Assembly: GCA_964571595.1 (NCBI GenBank)
Contig: CAZNCJ010000002.1
Location: 13,321-77,320 of the forward strand
Reading direction: 5' to 3'
From: an uncultured Caulobacterales bacterium
GTDB lineage: Bacteria; Pseudomonadota; Alphaproteobacteria; Caulobacterales; Maricaulaceae
DNA: 64,000 bases
Shown one piece after another: positions 56,696 to 64,000 of the stretch. Position 1 is the first letter of the stretch. Each line of letters opens with the position of its first letter. The notes below the pieces were generated by a model. The model was not told where the DNA came from. It ran no database searches and was given only the letters and a program-made list of their open reading frames with translations. Both the position numbers and the translations under genes were made by a program.

Positions 56696-57355
56696 CTATA
56701 CCCGATGATCGGGCAGGGCCAAATCCGCAATTTCAGCTCTTAATTTATCCAGACCGTCTTTCTTGATAGAAGAGGTGGTAATAATTCGCGGATGGGCGGC
56801 GGGCCGTTTTGCGATTTTGTCTTGTGTGCGGAGTGTGACCTTGATCTGTTCAGCCTGTTTAATTTTATCAATTTTGGTTAAAATAATTTGGTAAGGCACG
56901 GCTGTTTCATCCAGCATGGACATAATCTCGCGATCAGAATCCTTTAAACCGTGACGGCTGTCAATTAACAAAAAGACACGCCGCAAAGGTGCGCGCCCTG
57001 CTAGGAACTGGCGCGTTAATTTTGTCCAATTGGCAATATCAACCTTTGAGGCGCGGGCATAGCCATAGCCGGGCAGATCGACAATTCTAATACGGTCATC
57101 AACGTTAAAGTAATTCAACTCGCGTGTGCGCCCGGGCGTGTTAGAAGCGCGCGCCAAGCCGTTTTGACCGGTTAAGGCATTAATCAGGCTGGATTTGCCG
57201 ACATTGGAACGACCGGCAAAACAGACTTCTGGTAGGTCAGGGGCCGGCAGGGTGCTGAGTTTCACAACGCTGAGCATGAAATGCACAGCCCGTGAGAACA
57301 GAATACGCCCCGCTTCGATTTGGGACGGGGAATAGTCTGAAGTTTCTTCCGACAT
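56696..57355 (-). CDS. engB: Ribosome biogenesis GTP-binding protein YihA/YsxC
   Basis: It has 'GRSNVGKSSLINAL', 'DLPGYGYA' and 'TKIDK'. Confidence 0.9.
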   Translation of the reverse strand: MSEETSDYSPSQIEAGRILFSRAVHFMLSVVKLSTLPAPDLPEVCFAGRSNVGKSSLINALTGQNGLARASNTPGRTRELNYFNVDDRIRIVDLPGYGYARASKVDIANWTKLTRQFLAGRAPLRRVFLLIDSRHGLKDSDREIMSMLDETAVPYQIILTKIDKIKQAEQIKVTLRTQDKIAKRPAAHPRIITTSSIKKDGLDKLRAEIADLALPDHRV

Positions 57356-57363
57356 TTTCGTCT

Positions 57364-59133
57364 TTAAGCGGTGTCTTCTGGTTTGGCTTTGCCTGTAATT
57401 TTACGCCAAAAGGCATCAACGGGAGTGTCGACCTTGAACTTCCGCGTAATATAATATTGCTGCATGAAGGACAGAATATTATTCCAAACCCAATAGACCA
57501 ATAGTCCGGCGGCAAAAGGTGCGAGAATAAACATAAATATCCACGGCATAAATTTCATCATTTTAGCCATCATTTCAGCTTGCTCGCCCTCGCCTGTTTG
57601 CTGCGGGGTTAGTGTGTAGATTAGCGCCATGGAAATACCATAAAGTATGGCAAGCGGCCCAATGGCTATGAAGGACAGAAAACCGAGTGGGATAGCATCC
57701 CAAGGGAAAATACCAAACCCGTTTAAAATTGAGAGCGGATCACGGGCGGATAAATCTTTGATCCAGCCAAAAAACGGCGCATGGCGCAGATTGACGTTAA
57801 TAAGAACCGTTTTATAGAGCGCGAAAAACACAAACATAAAGGGGATCATGGGCAGACAACCCGCCATAGGATTGACCCCTTCCTTTTTATAAAGCGCCAT
57901 CATTTCCTGTTGGAGTTTCATACGGTCATCTTTGTAGCGCGTCTGGATTTTCTTGAGCTTGGGCCCGACCTTTTTCATTTTGGCCTGACTCTCATATTGC
58001 TTGTTAAATAAGGGGAACATGAGAATTTTAATCAACAAGGTCAGCGCCATAATAGCCAGACCATAATTACCTATCTTGGAGCCAAGGAAGCTCAAAAATG
58101 TACTCATGGGACGGGTTAAAATGCCTAGAAACCCCCAATCAATCCCAAGGTCCATACGGGCAATGCCGTGATCTTTACGGTAGCCATCGAGCAGTTTGCG
58201 ATCTTTTGCACCCGCAAAGATAAAGCCTTTTGAATTAATCGTAGTGCCCGGTGTTAATGTGACAGGGTCGAGAACATATTGGGCCTCATAGACATCCTGA
58301 TCATTTAGCTGGCGAAAATTAAATCGCGCGGTCATTTGCTTGCCTTGCGGGGCAATAGAGGCGGCCAGCCAGTATTTATCTGTTAAGCCGACCCAACCAC
58401 TTTCGCCAATTTCGAGAGAGGATTTCTTTTTTGCCAATTTGGAATATTTCATATCGACCAGCTTATCATCGACAATCGCGATCGGGCCTTCTTGGAGAAT
58501 AAAGAAATTTGTTAAATCATCCGGCAGGTCGTGCTGGCGTGAGGCGCCCTTGCGCTGGAGAGAAATTTCACGGTTAGTGGTATTGGTGACTTTATCATCT
58601 AATGTAATGAGATAGCGATCATCAATACTGATCTCACGCTCGACCATAAAGTCTGTGCCCTCATATTTCAAAACAATAGGTGTGTCCGTCGTAAGGGTCT
58701 CGCCTGATACAAGCTGCCAAGGCGTTGTCGCCCCGCTGCCGCCCTCTGCTGGGGTCCAGTTATCAAAAACATAGGCGGCACGTTCAGCTCCCTCAGGGGT
58801 TAATAATGTCAATGGCCCGCTATCTTTTTCGAGCTTGGCTCTATGATCTTTTAATTTCAGGTCATCAAAGCGCGAGCCTGTGATGAGGAAACTGCCCTCA
58901 ATGGAAGGCGTATTGATCGAAATACGCTGGCCTTGTGTGACAAGCGTGTCGCGGGATTGTATTTCAACCTTTGGGGGTTGATCAATAAGAGCTTCCTGTT
59001 CAGCGCGTACTCTTTCAGCCAAGGCGTCTCTTTGTGCTTGTTCGGCAAGGGGTTTGCCAAAGAAAAACCAATATCCCAGCAAAACAAGCCCTGAGAGGAA
59101 CATGGCAGTTATAAAATTCTTCTGATCGTCCAT
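57364..59133 (-). CDS. yidC: Membrane protein insertase YidC
   Basis: It has an N-terminal TM helix, a large periplasmic domain and a conserved 60-kDa insertase C-terminal core ('GCLPMIPFMFVFFALY'). Confidence 0.95.
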   Translation of the reverse strand: MDDQKNFITAMFLSGLVLLGYWFFFGKPLAEQAQRDALAERVRAEQEALIDQPPKVEIQSRDTLVTQGQRISINTPSIEGSFLITGSRFDDLKLKDHRAKLEKDSGPLTLLTPEGAERAAYVFDNWTPAEGGSGATTPWQLVSGETLTTDTPIVLKYEGTDFMVEREISIDDRYLITLDDKVTNTTNREISLQRKGASRQHDLPDDLTNFFILQEGPIAIVDDKLVDMKYSKLAKKKSSLEIGESGWVGLTDKYWLAASIAPQGKQMTARFNFRQLNDQDVYEAQYVLDPVTLTPGTTINSKGFIFAGAKDRKLLDGYRKDHGIARMDLGIDWGFLGILTRPMSTFLSFLGSKIGNYGLAIMALTLLIKILMFPLFNKQYESQAKMKKVGPKLKKIQTRYKDDRMKLQQEMMALYKKEGVNPMAGCLPMIPFMFVFFALYKTVLINVNLRHAPFFGWIKDLSARDPLSILNGFGIFPWDAIPLGFLSFIAIGPLAILYGISMALIYTLTPQQTGEGEQAEMMAKMMKFMPWIFMFILAPFAAGLLVYWVWNNILSFMQQYYITRKFKVDTPVDAFWRKITGKAKPEDTA

Positions 59134-59185
59134 GATATTCCCTGATGTCTTTTATATAAGTATTGGTTTGCGCGAACTATTGGGT

Positions 59186-59533
59186 CTAATTAAGGTTTAT
59201 GAGGGCTTTTTCAAGGTCATAAACGAGCTTTTCGTAAGGTCTGTCTAATGTCGAGTTGCGCGCAATGATAACATAATCATGTCCAGTGGCGGCTTTTGTA
59301 GGTAAAACCTGACGCGCCACAGCTCTGAGGCGCCGTTTGGCGCGGTTTCTTTGAACCGCATTTCCGATGCGTTTTGTGGCGGTAAAACCGACACGCAGCG
59401 TCTCATGGCTTGTATTTTCACGCATTTGCAAAACTAGTCCGCCTTGTGCGCGGTAGCGCCCATCTTTGACATATAAAAACTCGGCCCGTTTTTTGAGACG
59501 TCCGAGTTTAATATTTTGCGGTAATGTTTTCAC
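59186..59533 (-). CDS. rnpA: Ribonuclease P protein component
   Basis: The basic 115-aa protein has 'GFTATKRIGNAVQRNRAKRRLR' and sits between rpmH and yidC. Confidence 0.85.
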   Translation of the reverse strand: MKTLPQNIKLGRLKKRAEFLYVKDGRYRAQGGLVLQMRENTSHETLRVGFTATKRIGNAVQRNRAKRRLRAVARQVLPTKAATGHDYVIIARNSTLDRPYEKLVYDLEKALINLN

Positions 59534-59578
59534 AATCGGGCCAATATTTATTGATCCCGCCGTAAGTCTTGGCCTTAA

Positions 59579-59713
59579 TTAGGCTGAAAGACGCTTACGA
59601 CCTTTGGCACGTCTGCGAGCCAGAACCTGACGTCCTGATTTTGTCGCCATGCGTGAGCGAAAACCGTGACGGCGCTTGCGCACCAGCTTGGAAGGTTGAA
59701 AAGTACGTTTCAT
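59579..59713 (-). CDS. rpmH: 50S ribosomal protein L34
   Basis: It was translated by hand because it falls below the ORF-track cutoff: [44 protein letters not shown]. Confidence 0.95.
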   Translation of the reverse strand: MKRTFQPSKLVRKRRHGFRSRMATKSGRQVLARRRAKGRKRLSA

Positions 59714-59772
59714 GTTCGTCTCCGCGGTCTGATATAACCGGACTTTACATTCATTTTTATCTCAAGGCGCGC

Positions 59773-59801
59773 TAATTACGCTCGCAATCCCGTGAAGTCA
59801 A
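59773..59801 (-). promoter_or_regulatory. Candidate rpmH promoter (minus strand TTGACT-N17-TAATTA)
   Basis: The plus strand reads agtcaa at 59796-59801 and taatta at 59773-59778. This gives a leader of about 55 nt to the rpmH ATG. Confidence 0.4.
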
Positions 59802-60118
59802 GCCGCAAGCCTTCAATAAAGTGATCTCTATTTGAGGTTTTTTTGACACTCAATTTAAGACTTTGTTAGCTTTTGACTTAGTTTTGATAAATATAAAGGT
59901 AAAAACGGCCTTTATATTCCACTCATATTCTCAAAAGCGTGATCAGACTCCGAAGAAAATAAGGGGCTAATGGGGCGTAATATCGCTTAAAATACCCCAT
60001 TATAGGCCTAATTCGCCTCTTTTTTCCTTATATATAATAAAGGGATATATCGCGAACTGTCCCGTTCAAGCGATTCTCACAAAAAACTCCCAACTGCCTC
60101 GCGCTATCCCACATTTTT

Positions 60119-61057
60119 GTGAACCAAGGTGACACCACTTCTGCAAATGAGTGTGCTATTAAGCCTTCAAATCAACATCGGAGAGTAAAGATGAAACTTA
60201 AAAACTTAATGACTGCAAGAATAGCAACCCCGTTAATTGTTGGCGCCTTCGCCATATCCTCAGTTGCATGCGGACAATCATATGGTTCGGGCTCTGCTCA
60301 ACAAGCGCCCGCCCCGACGGCGACAGTAACATCATATGGTTCTGGTGCGGCCCAAACGGCTGAGGCTGGTCTTCACGCCGCTTGGAATGATATTCTTGGC
60401 ACATATGTCAGCGCCCCTGACAATGTCGGCCTGACGCATTTCAATTATGGTGGTCTTAAAAACAATGCTGCTGATAGCGCAAAATTAAACGCCTATATTA
60501 GCAGTCTTGAAGCGATTAATCCAAATACGCTAAGCGAAGATGAGGCTGTGCCTTATTATTCAAACCTCTATAATGCGGTCACTATCAAGGTGATAATCGA
60601 TAACTATCCCGTTAAGTCTATACGTGATCTTAAATCCGGCTTTGTGCCTGGTCCTTGGGGTCGCAAGCTAATCACTTTAAATGGTAAGCCGACAACTCTG
60701 AATAATATCGAGCATGATATCCTGCGTAAGCAATTCCCGTCGCCTTATGTGCATTATATGGTCAATTGCGCGAGTGTGGGCTGTCCTAACCTTCCAAACT
60801 TTGCTTGGACACCTGCAAATTATAAAGCTGAGCGCGAAAATGCGGCTGCGGCTTATATCAACTCACCTCGCGGAGTTCAGATCACGTCAAAAGGTTTGAA
60901 AATCTCTTCAATCTTTAAATGGTTCAAAGAGGATTTTGGCGGAAAGTCAGGCTTGATCCCACATTTGCGTAAGCATGCAGGTCCAGAGCTTGCCCGCGCT
61001 ATTGATAATGGTGCCCGCGTCGTCGGTGACGATTATAATTGGGACTTGAACAAGTAA
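60119..61057 (+). CDS. DUF547-domain protein, probably secreted
   Basis: It has 'YYSNLYNAVTIKVII', 'LNNIEHDILR' and 'HYMVNCASVGCPNL'. The probable start is ATG 60191 ('MKLKNLMTARIATPLIVGAFA', a signal peptide). Confidence 0.7.
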   Translation: MNQGDTTSANECAIKPSNQHRRVKMKLKNLMTARIATPLIVGAFAISSVACGQSYGSGSAQQAPAPTATVTSYGSGAAQTAEAGLHAAWNDILGTYVSAPDNVGLTHFNYGGLKNNAADSAKLNAYISSLEAINPNTLSEDEAVPYYSNLYNAVTIKVIIDNYPVKSIRDLKSGFVPGPWGRKLITLNGKPTTLNNIEHDILRKQFPSPYVHYMVNCASVGCPNLPNFAWTPANYKAERENAAAAYINSPRGVQITSKGLKISSIFKWFKEDFGGKSGLIPHLRKHAGPELARAIDNGARVVGDDYNWDLNK

Positions 61058-61088
61058 TTTAAATCATACATGAATTTGGAGTAGAAAA

Positions 61089-61856
61089 ATGTCAGCTAAC
61101 ACACTAACCGCGAGCGAAATTATGGAAGAAAAAACTAAACCCTTATTCGTTCGTCTATGGCCATTATATATCATTGGTGCAGGCCTTGCCCTTGCGATTT
61201 CACAGGGCTGGCACACACAGCTTACCCCGGCTGCTTTGGGCGAAAACGCTGTTTATCTTAACAATCTCGTAGAGCAGAACTTTCTGCTCGTGCTTCTCGC
61301 CTTTATCGGGGTTTATATGGCAGCGACCGCCTTTATGGTGCCAGCAAGTGCTTTGACAATTGGCGGTGGTTTCCTTTTCGGTGTCGCCGTAGGTGCGCCG
61401 GCCACTGTGTTGGGCGCGACAATTGGGGCTTGTATATTATTCTTGGCAGCTAAGACCTCATTGGGTGAAACCCTAAAAGGTATTGCCGGTCCGTTTTTGG
61501 GTAAAATGGAAAAAGGCTTTAACGAAAATGCCATTTCCTACTTATTCACATTACGTTTGATCCCGGTTGTGCCTTTTGCGGTCGCCAATATTGCCCCCGC
61601 CATTTTAGGTGCGAAGTTTCGGGATTATTTCCTAACCACGCTTTTGGGTATTATACCGGGTACAGTGGCCTATTCACTGATCGGGTCTGGTCTACGCGGA
61701 ACATTACTAGACGCAGCCGCCAAAGGTGAAACTGCAGATGTCGGCGCATTGGTCGGAGCTGCGGCAACGAACCTTGCCCCTGCCTTCTTTGCCCTGGCCG
61801 CTGTGGCGATGATCCCTGTAGCTTACAAGAAGTTTGCAAAGAAAAAGGTCTCATAG
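61089..61856 (+). CDS. TVP38/TMEM64-family (DedA-superfamily) membrane protein
   Basis: It has multiple TM helices and 'RLIPVVPFAVANIAPAILGAKFRDYFLTTLLGIIPGT', the SNARE_assoc motif. It starts 31 nt after the DUF547 gene. Confidence 0.75.
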   Translation: MSANTLTASEIMEEKTKPLFVRLWPLYIIGAGLALAISQGWHTQLTPAALGENAVYLNNLVEQNFLLVLLAFIGVYMAATAFMVPASALTIGGGFLFGVAVGAPATVLGATIGACILFLAAKTSLGETLKGIAGPFLGKMEKGFNENAISYLFTLRLIPVVPFAVANIAPAILGAKFRDYFLTTLLGIIPGTVAYSLIGSGLRGTLLDAAAKGETADVGALVGAAATNLAPAFFALAAVAMIPVAYKKFAKKKVS

Positions 61857-61878
61857 GCCTAAACAATATTGAGGACAA

Positions 61879-61914
61879 AAGGGCGGTTTTTTGAGAGTAA
61901 GACCGCCCTTATTT
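61879..61914 (+). terminator. Terminator-like hairpin after the TVP38 gene
   Basis: A 9-bp stem forms between aagggcggt (61879-61887) and accgccctt (61902-61910) with a 14-nt loop. A weak ATTT tail follows. Confidence 0.45.
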
Positions 61915-61969
61915 AAAACAAAAAAGATTAAGGGCTCACGCCCACAGAGAGAAAGAAAAAGAGAGTATT

Positions 61970-63400
61970 ATGTCAAAGACAGTTTATGAAGTAGATTTAT
62001 GCGTGATAGGTGCCGGTTCTGGCGGTCTATCAGTCGCCTCAGGTGCCGCGCAACTTGGTCGCTCAGTCGTCCTTTTTGAAGGCGAAGAAATGGGCGGAGA
62101 TTGCCTAAATTATGGGTGTGTACCCTCAAAGGCTCTGATTGCCGCTGGTAAACATGCCGCCGCCTTCTCAAATGGTGAGATCTTCGGTGTAAAGTCTGCC
62201 AAGCCTGAAGTTAATTTTGAAACGGTGAAATCCCATATTCAAGGCGTGATTGATCATATTGCGCCCGTAGATAGTCAGGAAAGATTTGAAGGCCTTGGCT
62301 GTATTGTGATCCGCGAGCGCGCACGCTTTAAAGACGCCAATACGGTCGAGTCAGAGACAACCGAAGTCAAAGCCAAGCGCGTGATTATCGCGACAGGTAG
62401 CCGGGCCTCAGCCCCGCCTATTCCGGGCCTGGACGAAGTTGATTATCTGACCAATGAAACAATTTTTTCAATGCCTGAGCAGCCAAAGCATTTATTGGTG
62501 ATCGGCGCTGGCCCGATTGGTCTGGAACTCGGCCAAGCCTTTTTTCGCCTTGGCAGCAAGGTTGATATTGTAGATATCGCCCCGCCTCTGGGCCGCTCTG
62601 AGCCTGAACATGCCAAAGTTTTGGTCGATGCGTTAAAAGAAGAAGGTCTTAATTTCTATGCGCCGGCAAAGACCAAGCAAATTCGTAAAACAAAAACAGG
62701 CGTGGCCATTGATCTTGAAGACGGTACAACGCTGAACGGTACACATTTACTCGTGGCAGCAGGTCGTCGTCCGATGATGGATGGTATGCAGCTTGATAAG
62801 GCCGGTATTAAACATGATCGCCGTGGTATCGAGACCGATGATTATCTGCGCACGTCCAACAAAAAAGTCTGGGCTGTAGGTGATGTCGCCGCAGGGCGCG
62901 GCGGTCTTACCCATGCTGCGGGTTATCACGCTGGACAGATAATCAAGTCCTTCTATTTCATGCCGCCAGGTTTTAATGCCAAAGCCACAACAGACCGTAT
63001 GCCGGCTGCGATTTATTCGGAACCGGAACTGGCCGGTATTGGTATGACCGAAGCTCAAGCGCGCGAAGCCGGACATGATGTGCGTTGCGTGACATGGGAT
63101 TTTGAAGAAAATGACCGTGCGATTGCCGAGCGCAGTGATGAAGGCGGTATCAAGATCGTCGCGACCAAGAAAGGCAAGATATTAGGCGCGTCAATTGTCG
63201 GAGAAGGCGCGGGTGATCTTATCCAGCTTATATCTCTGGCAATGGCTAATAATATTAAAATTGTCGGTCTGACGAAATTTATTTCGCCGTATCCGTCGCG
63301 GGCCGAATTGATTAAACGTGCGGCTGGCTCTTGGTATACAGATGCTGTCTTTAGTCCCAAGACGCGTAAGCTGGCGGGCTTCTGGACGAAATTCCATTAG
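61970..63400 (+). CDS. Class I pyridine nucleotide-disulfide oxidoreductase (dihydrolipoyl dehydrogenase / mercuric reductase-like)
   Basis: It has the FAD motif 'VIGAGSGG', the redox-active 'GGDCLNYGCVPSK', the NAD motif 'VIGAGPIGLE' and a dimerisation domain. It has no NmerA or lipoyl context. Confidence 0.8.
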   Translation: MSKTVYEVDLCVIGAGSGGLSVASGAAQLGRSVVLFEGEEMGGDCLNYGCVPSKALIAAGKHAAAFSNGEIFGVKSAKPEVNFETVKSHIQGVIDHIAPVDSQERFEGLGCIVIRERARFKDANTVESETTEVKAKRVIIATGSRASAPPIPGLDEVDYLTNETIFSMPEQPKHLLVIGAGPIGLELGQAFFRLGSKVDIVDIAPPLGRSEPEHAKVLVDALKEEGLNFYAPAKTKQIRKTKTGVAIDLEDGTTLNGTHLLVAAGRRPMMDGMQLDKAGIKHDRRGIETDDYLRTSNKKVWAVGDVAAGRGGLTHAAGYHAGQIIKSFYFMPPGFNAKATTDRMPAAIYSEPELAGIGMTEAQAREAGHDVRCVTWDFEENDRAIAERSDEGGIKIVATKKGKILGASIVGEGAGDLIQLISLAMANNIKIVGLTKFISPYPSRAELIKRAAGSWYTDAVFSPKTRKLAGFWTKFH

Positions 63401-63447
63401 ACCCATTGATAGGTGACAAGTATATTATCATTGTATATTAAAAGCTT

Positions 63448-64000
63448 ATGATACCCGGATTTTTATCACGGCGCTTGTCAGGCAAAATTTTGATGATGAC
63501 CATTGGTTTCGTGCTACTGGCGGAACTGGTCATCTTCATTCCTTCTGCGGCTACATTTCGACAAAATTGGTTGGAGCAACGGGCTTTACAAGCCAGTATT
63601 CTGACCCAAGCCCTGATGCATTCAGGGGGGTTTGAAGGCGAAGTATACCTCTCGGAATATTTCATGGATGAAACAGATGTTGTCATGATGTCTGTGCGAC
63701 AGCAGGACGAAGAGAGTAAAAAACTCATACTTGGCGCTCCGCCAGAGTCGGATCAATGGGAGGTCGTTGATCTTACCGAGACGGGCGGTCTGCCCAAATT
63801 CCGGGATGCTTTCAAAAGTTTTTTTGGCTCTGGCGAAGGCTATATGCGCGTTATCACAAAATCGCCTGATGCCACGCAAGACAGGCTCGAGCTTGTATTG
63901 CCACGCGCCAAACTGAAATGGGCGATGTGGGATTATTTTGAGCGTATTCTTATTCTCTCCATTTTCATTGCCTTGATTACGGGCGCTCTGATTTATTTGG
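63448..64000 (+). CDS. Membrane sensor protein, N-terminal part (probably a sensor histidine kinase; runs off the window)
   Basis: It was translated by hand from ATG 63448. A TM helix ('ILMMTIGFVLLAELVIFIPS') is followed by a ~130-aa periplasmic segment and a second TM helix ('ILILSIFIALITGALIYL'). The frame is open to the window end and no kinase domain is visible yet. Confidence 0.45.
   Translation, partial: MIPGFLSRRLSGKILMMTIGFVLLAELVIFIPSAATFRQNWLEQRALQASILTQALMHSGGFEGEVYLSEYFMDETDVVMMSVRQQDEESKKLILGAPPESDQWEVVDLTETGGLPKFRDAFKSFFGSGEGYMRVITKSPDATQDRLELVLPRAKLKWAMWDYFERILILSIFIALITGALIYL

Noticed and set aside
59714-60118. Possible chromosomal origin (oriC) next to rpmH-rnpA-yidC, as in many bacteria.
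   Set aside because: There is no dnaA or dnaN nearby. I found no good DnaA boxes; the only TTATCCACA-like string, ctatcccaca near 60098, has several mismatches. There are no TTAA-N7-TTAA CtrA sites. Alphaproteobacterial origins are usually elsewhere, for example near hemE.
1-64000. Search for tRNA, rRNA, tmRNA, CRISPR arrays, IS elements and integrases.
   Set aside because: Visual scanning of all spacers longer than 80 nt found none: no GTTCGAATC-type T-loops, no regularly spaced repeats, no transposase-like ORFs. This needs confirmation with tRNAscan-SE, Infernal and ISEScan.

Overview
This window is a gene-dense stretch of core chromosome with about 80 protein genes. It most likely comes from an alphaproteobacterium. 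That is an inference from gene order and lineage-typical genes, namely a ZitP-like zinc-ribbon/DUF3426 protein, a TIGR02302-type low-complexity membrane protein, a tlpA/argH divergon and a long S16 tail. No database search was possible. GC content looks mid-range but was not computed. The recognisable housekeeping blocks are: tsaB-rimI-fur-miaB-(2 inserted genes)-phoH-ybeY-corC-lnt; HTH-trmB; rimP-nusA-ylxR-infB-rbfA; truB-rpsO-pnp; cobB-yaiI; ffh-rpsP; tlpA-tag-SDR-EamA; argH, lysA; ftsEX; tyrC plus chorismate mutase; gloB; cspA; dapD-dapE; and a 9-kb co-directional minus-strand array rpmH-rnpA-yidC-engB-argB-DUF1036-nucleotidase-aldolase-def-fmt-truA. rpmH (44 aa) is absent from the ORF track and was found by hand. 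By eye I found no rRNA, tRNA, CRISPR array, transposase, integrase, phage gene or recognisable defence or toxin-antitoxin module. I do not see a convincing novel multi-gene system, so all interest scores are modest. The best leads are: (1) a 3.2-kb four-gene envelope-type insertion of unknown function that splits the normally contiguous rbfA|truB junction; (2) a DUF547 / TVP38 / CxxxxC flavoprotein disulfide reductase neighbourhood of unknown function; (3) a promoter followed by a strong intrinsic terminator in the rimP-nusA-infB leader, which is a candidate attenuator or sRNA; (4) a conserved but uncharacterised envelope/polarity neighbourhood (TIGR02302-type, ZitP-like, FtsEX, YdcF, DUF2125); (5) a frameshifted DUF805 gene in an AT-rich patch; and (6) many short near-perfect tandem duplications, two of which copy stop-codon-proximal gene ends into convergent intergenic spacers. 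All product calls rest on motif and family recognition from the translations and need a homology search to confirm.
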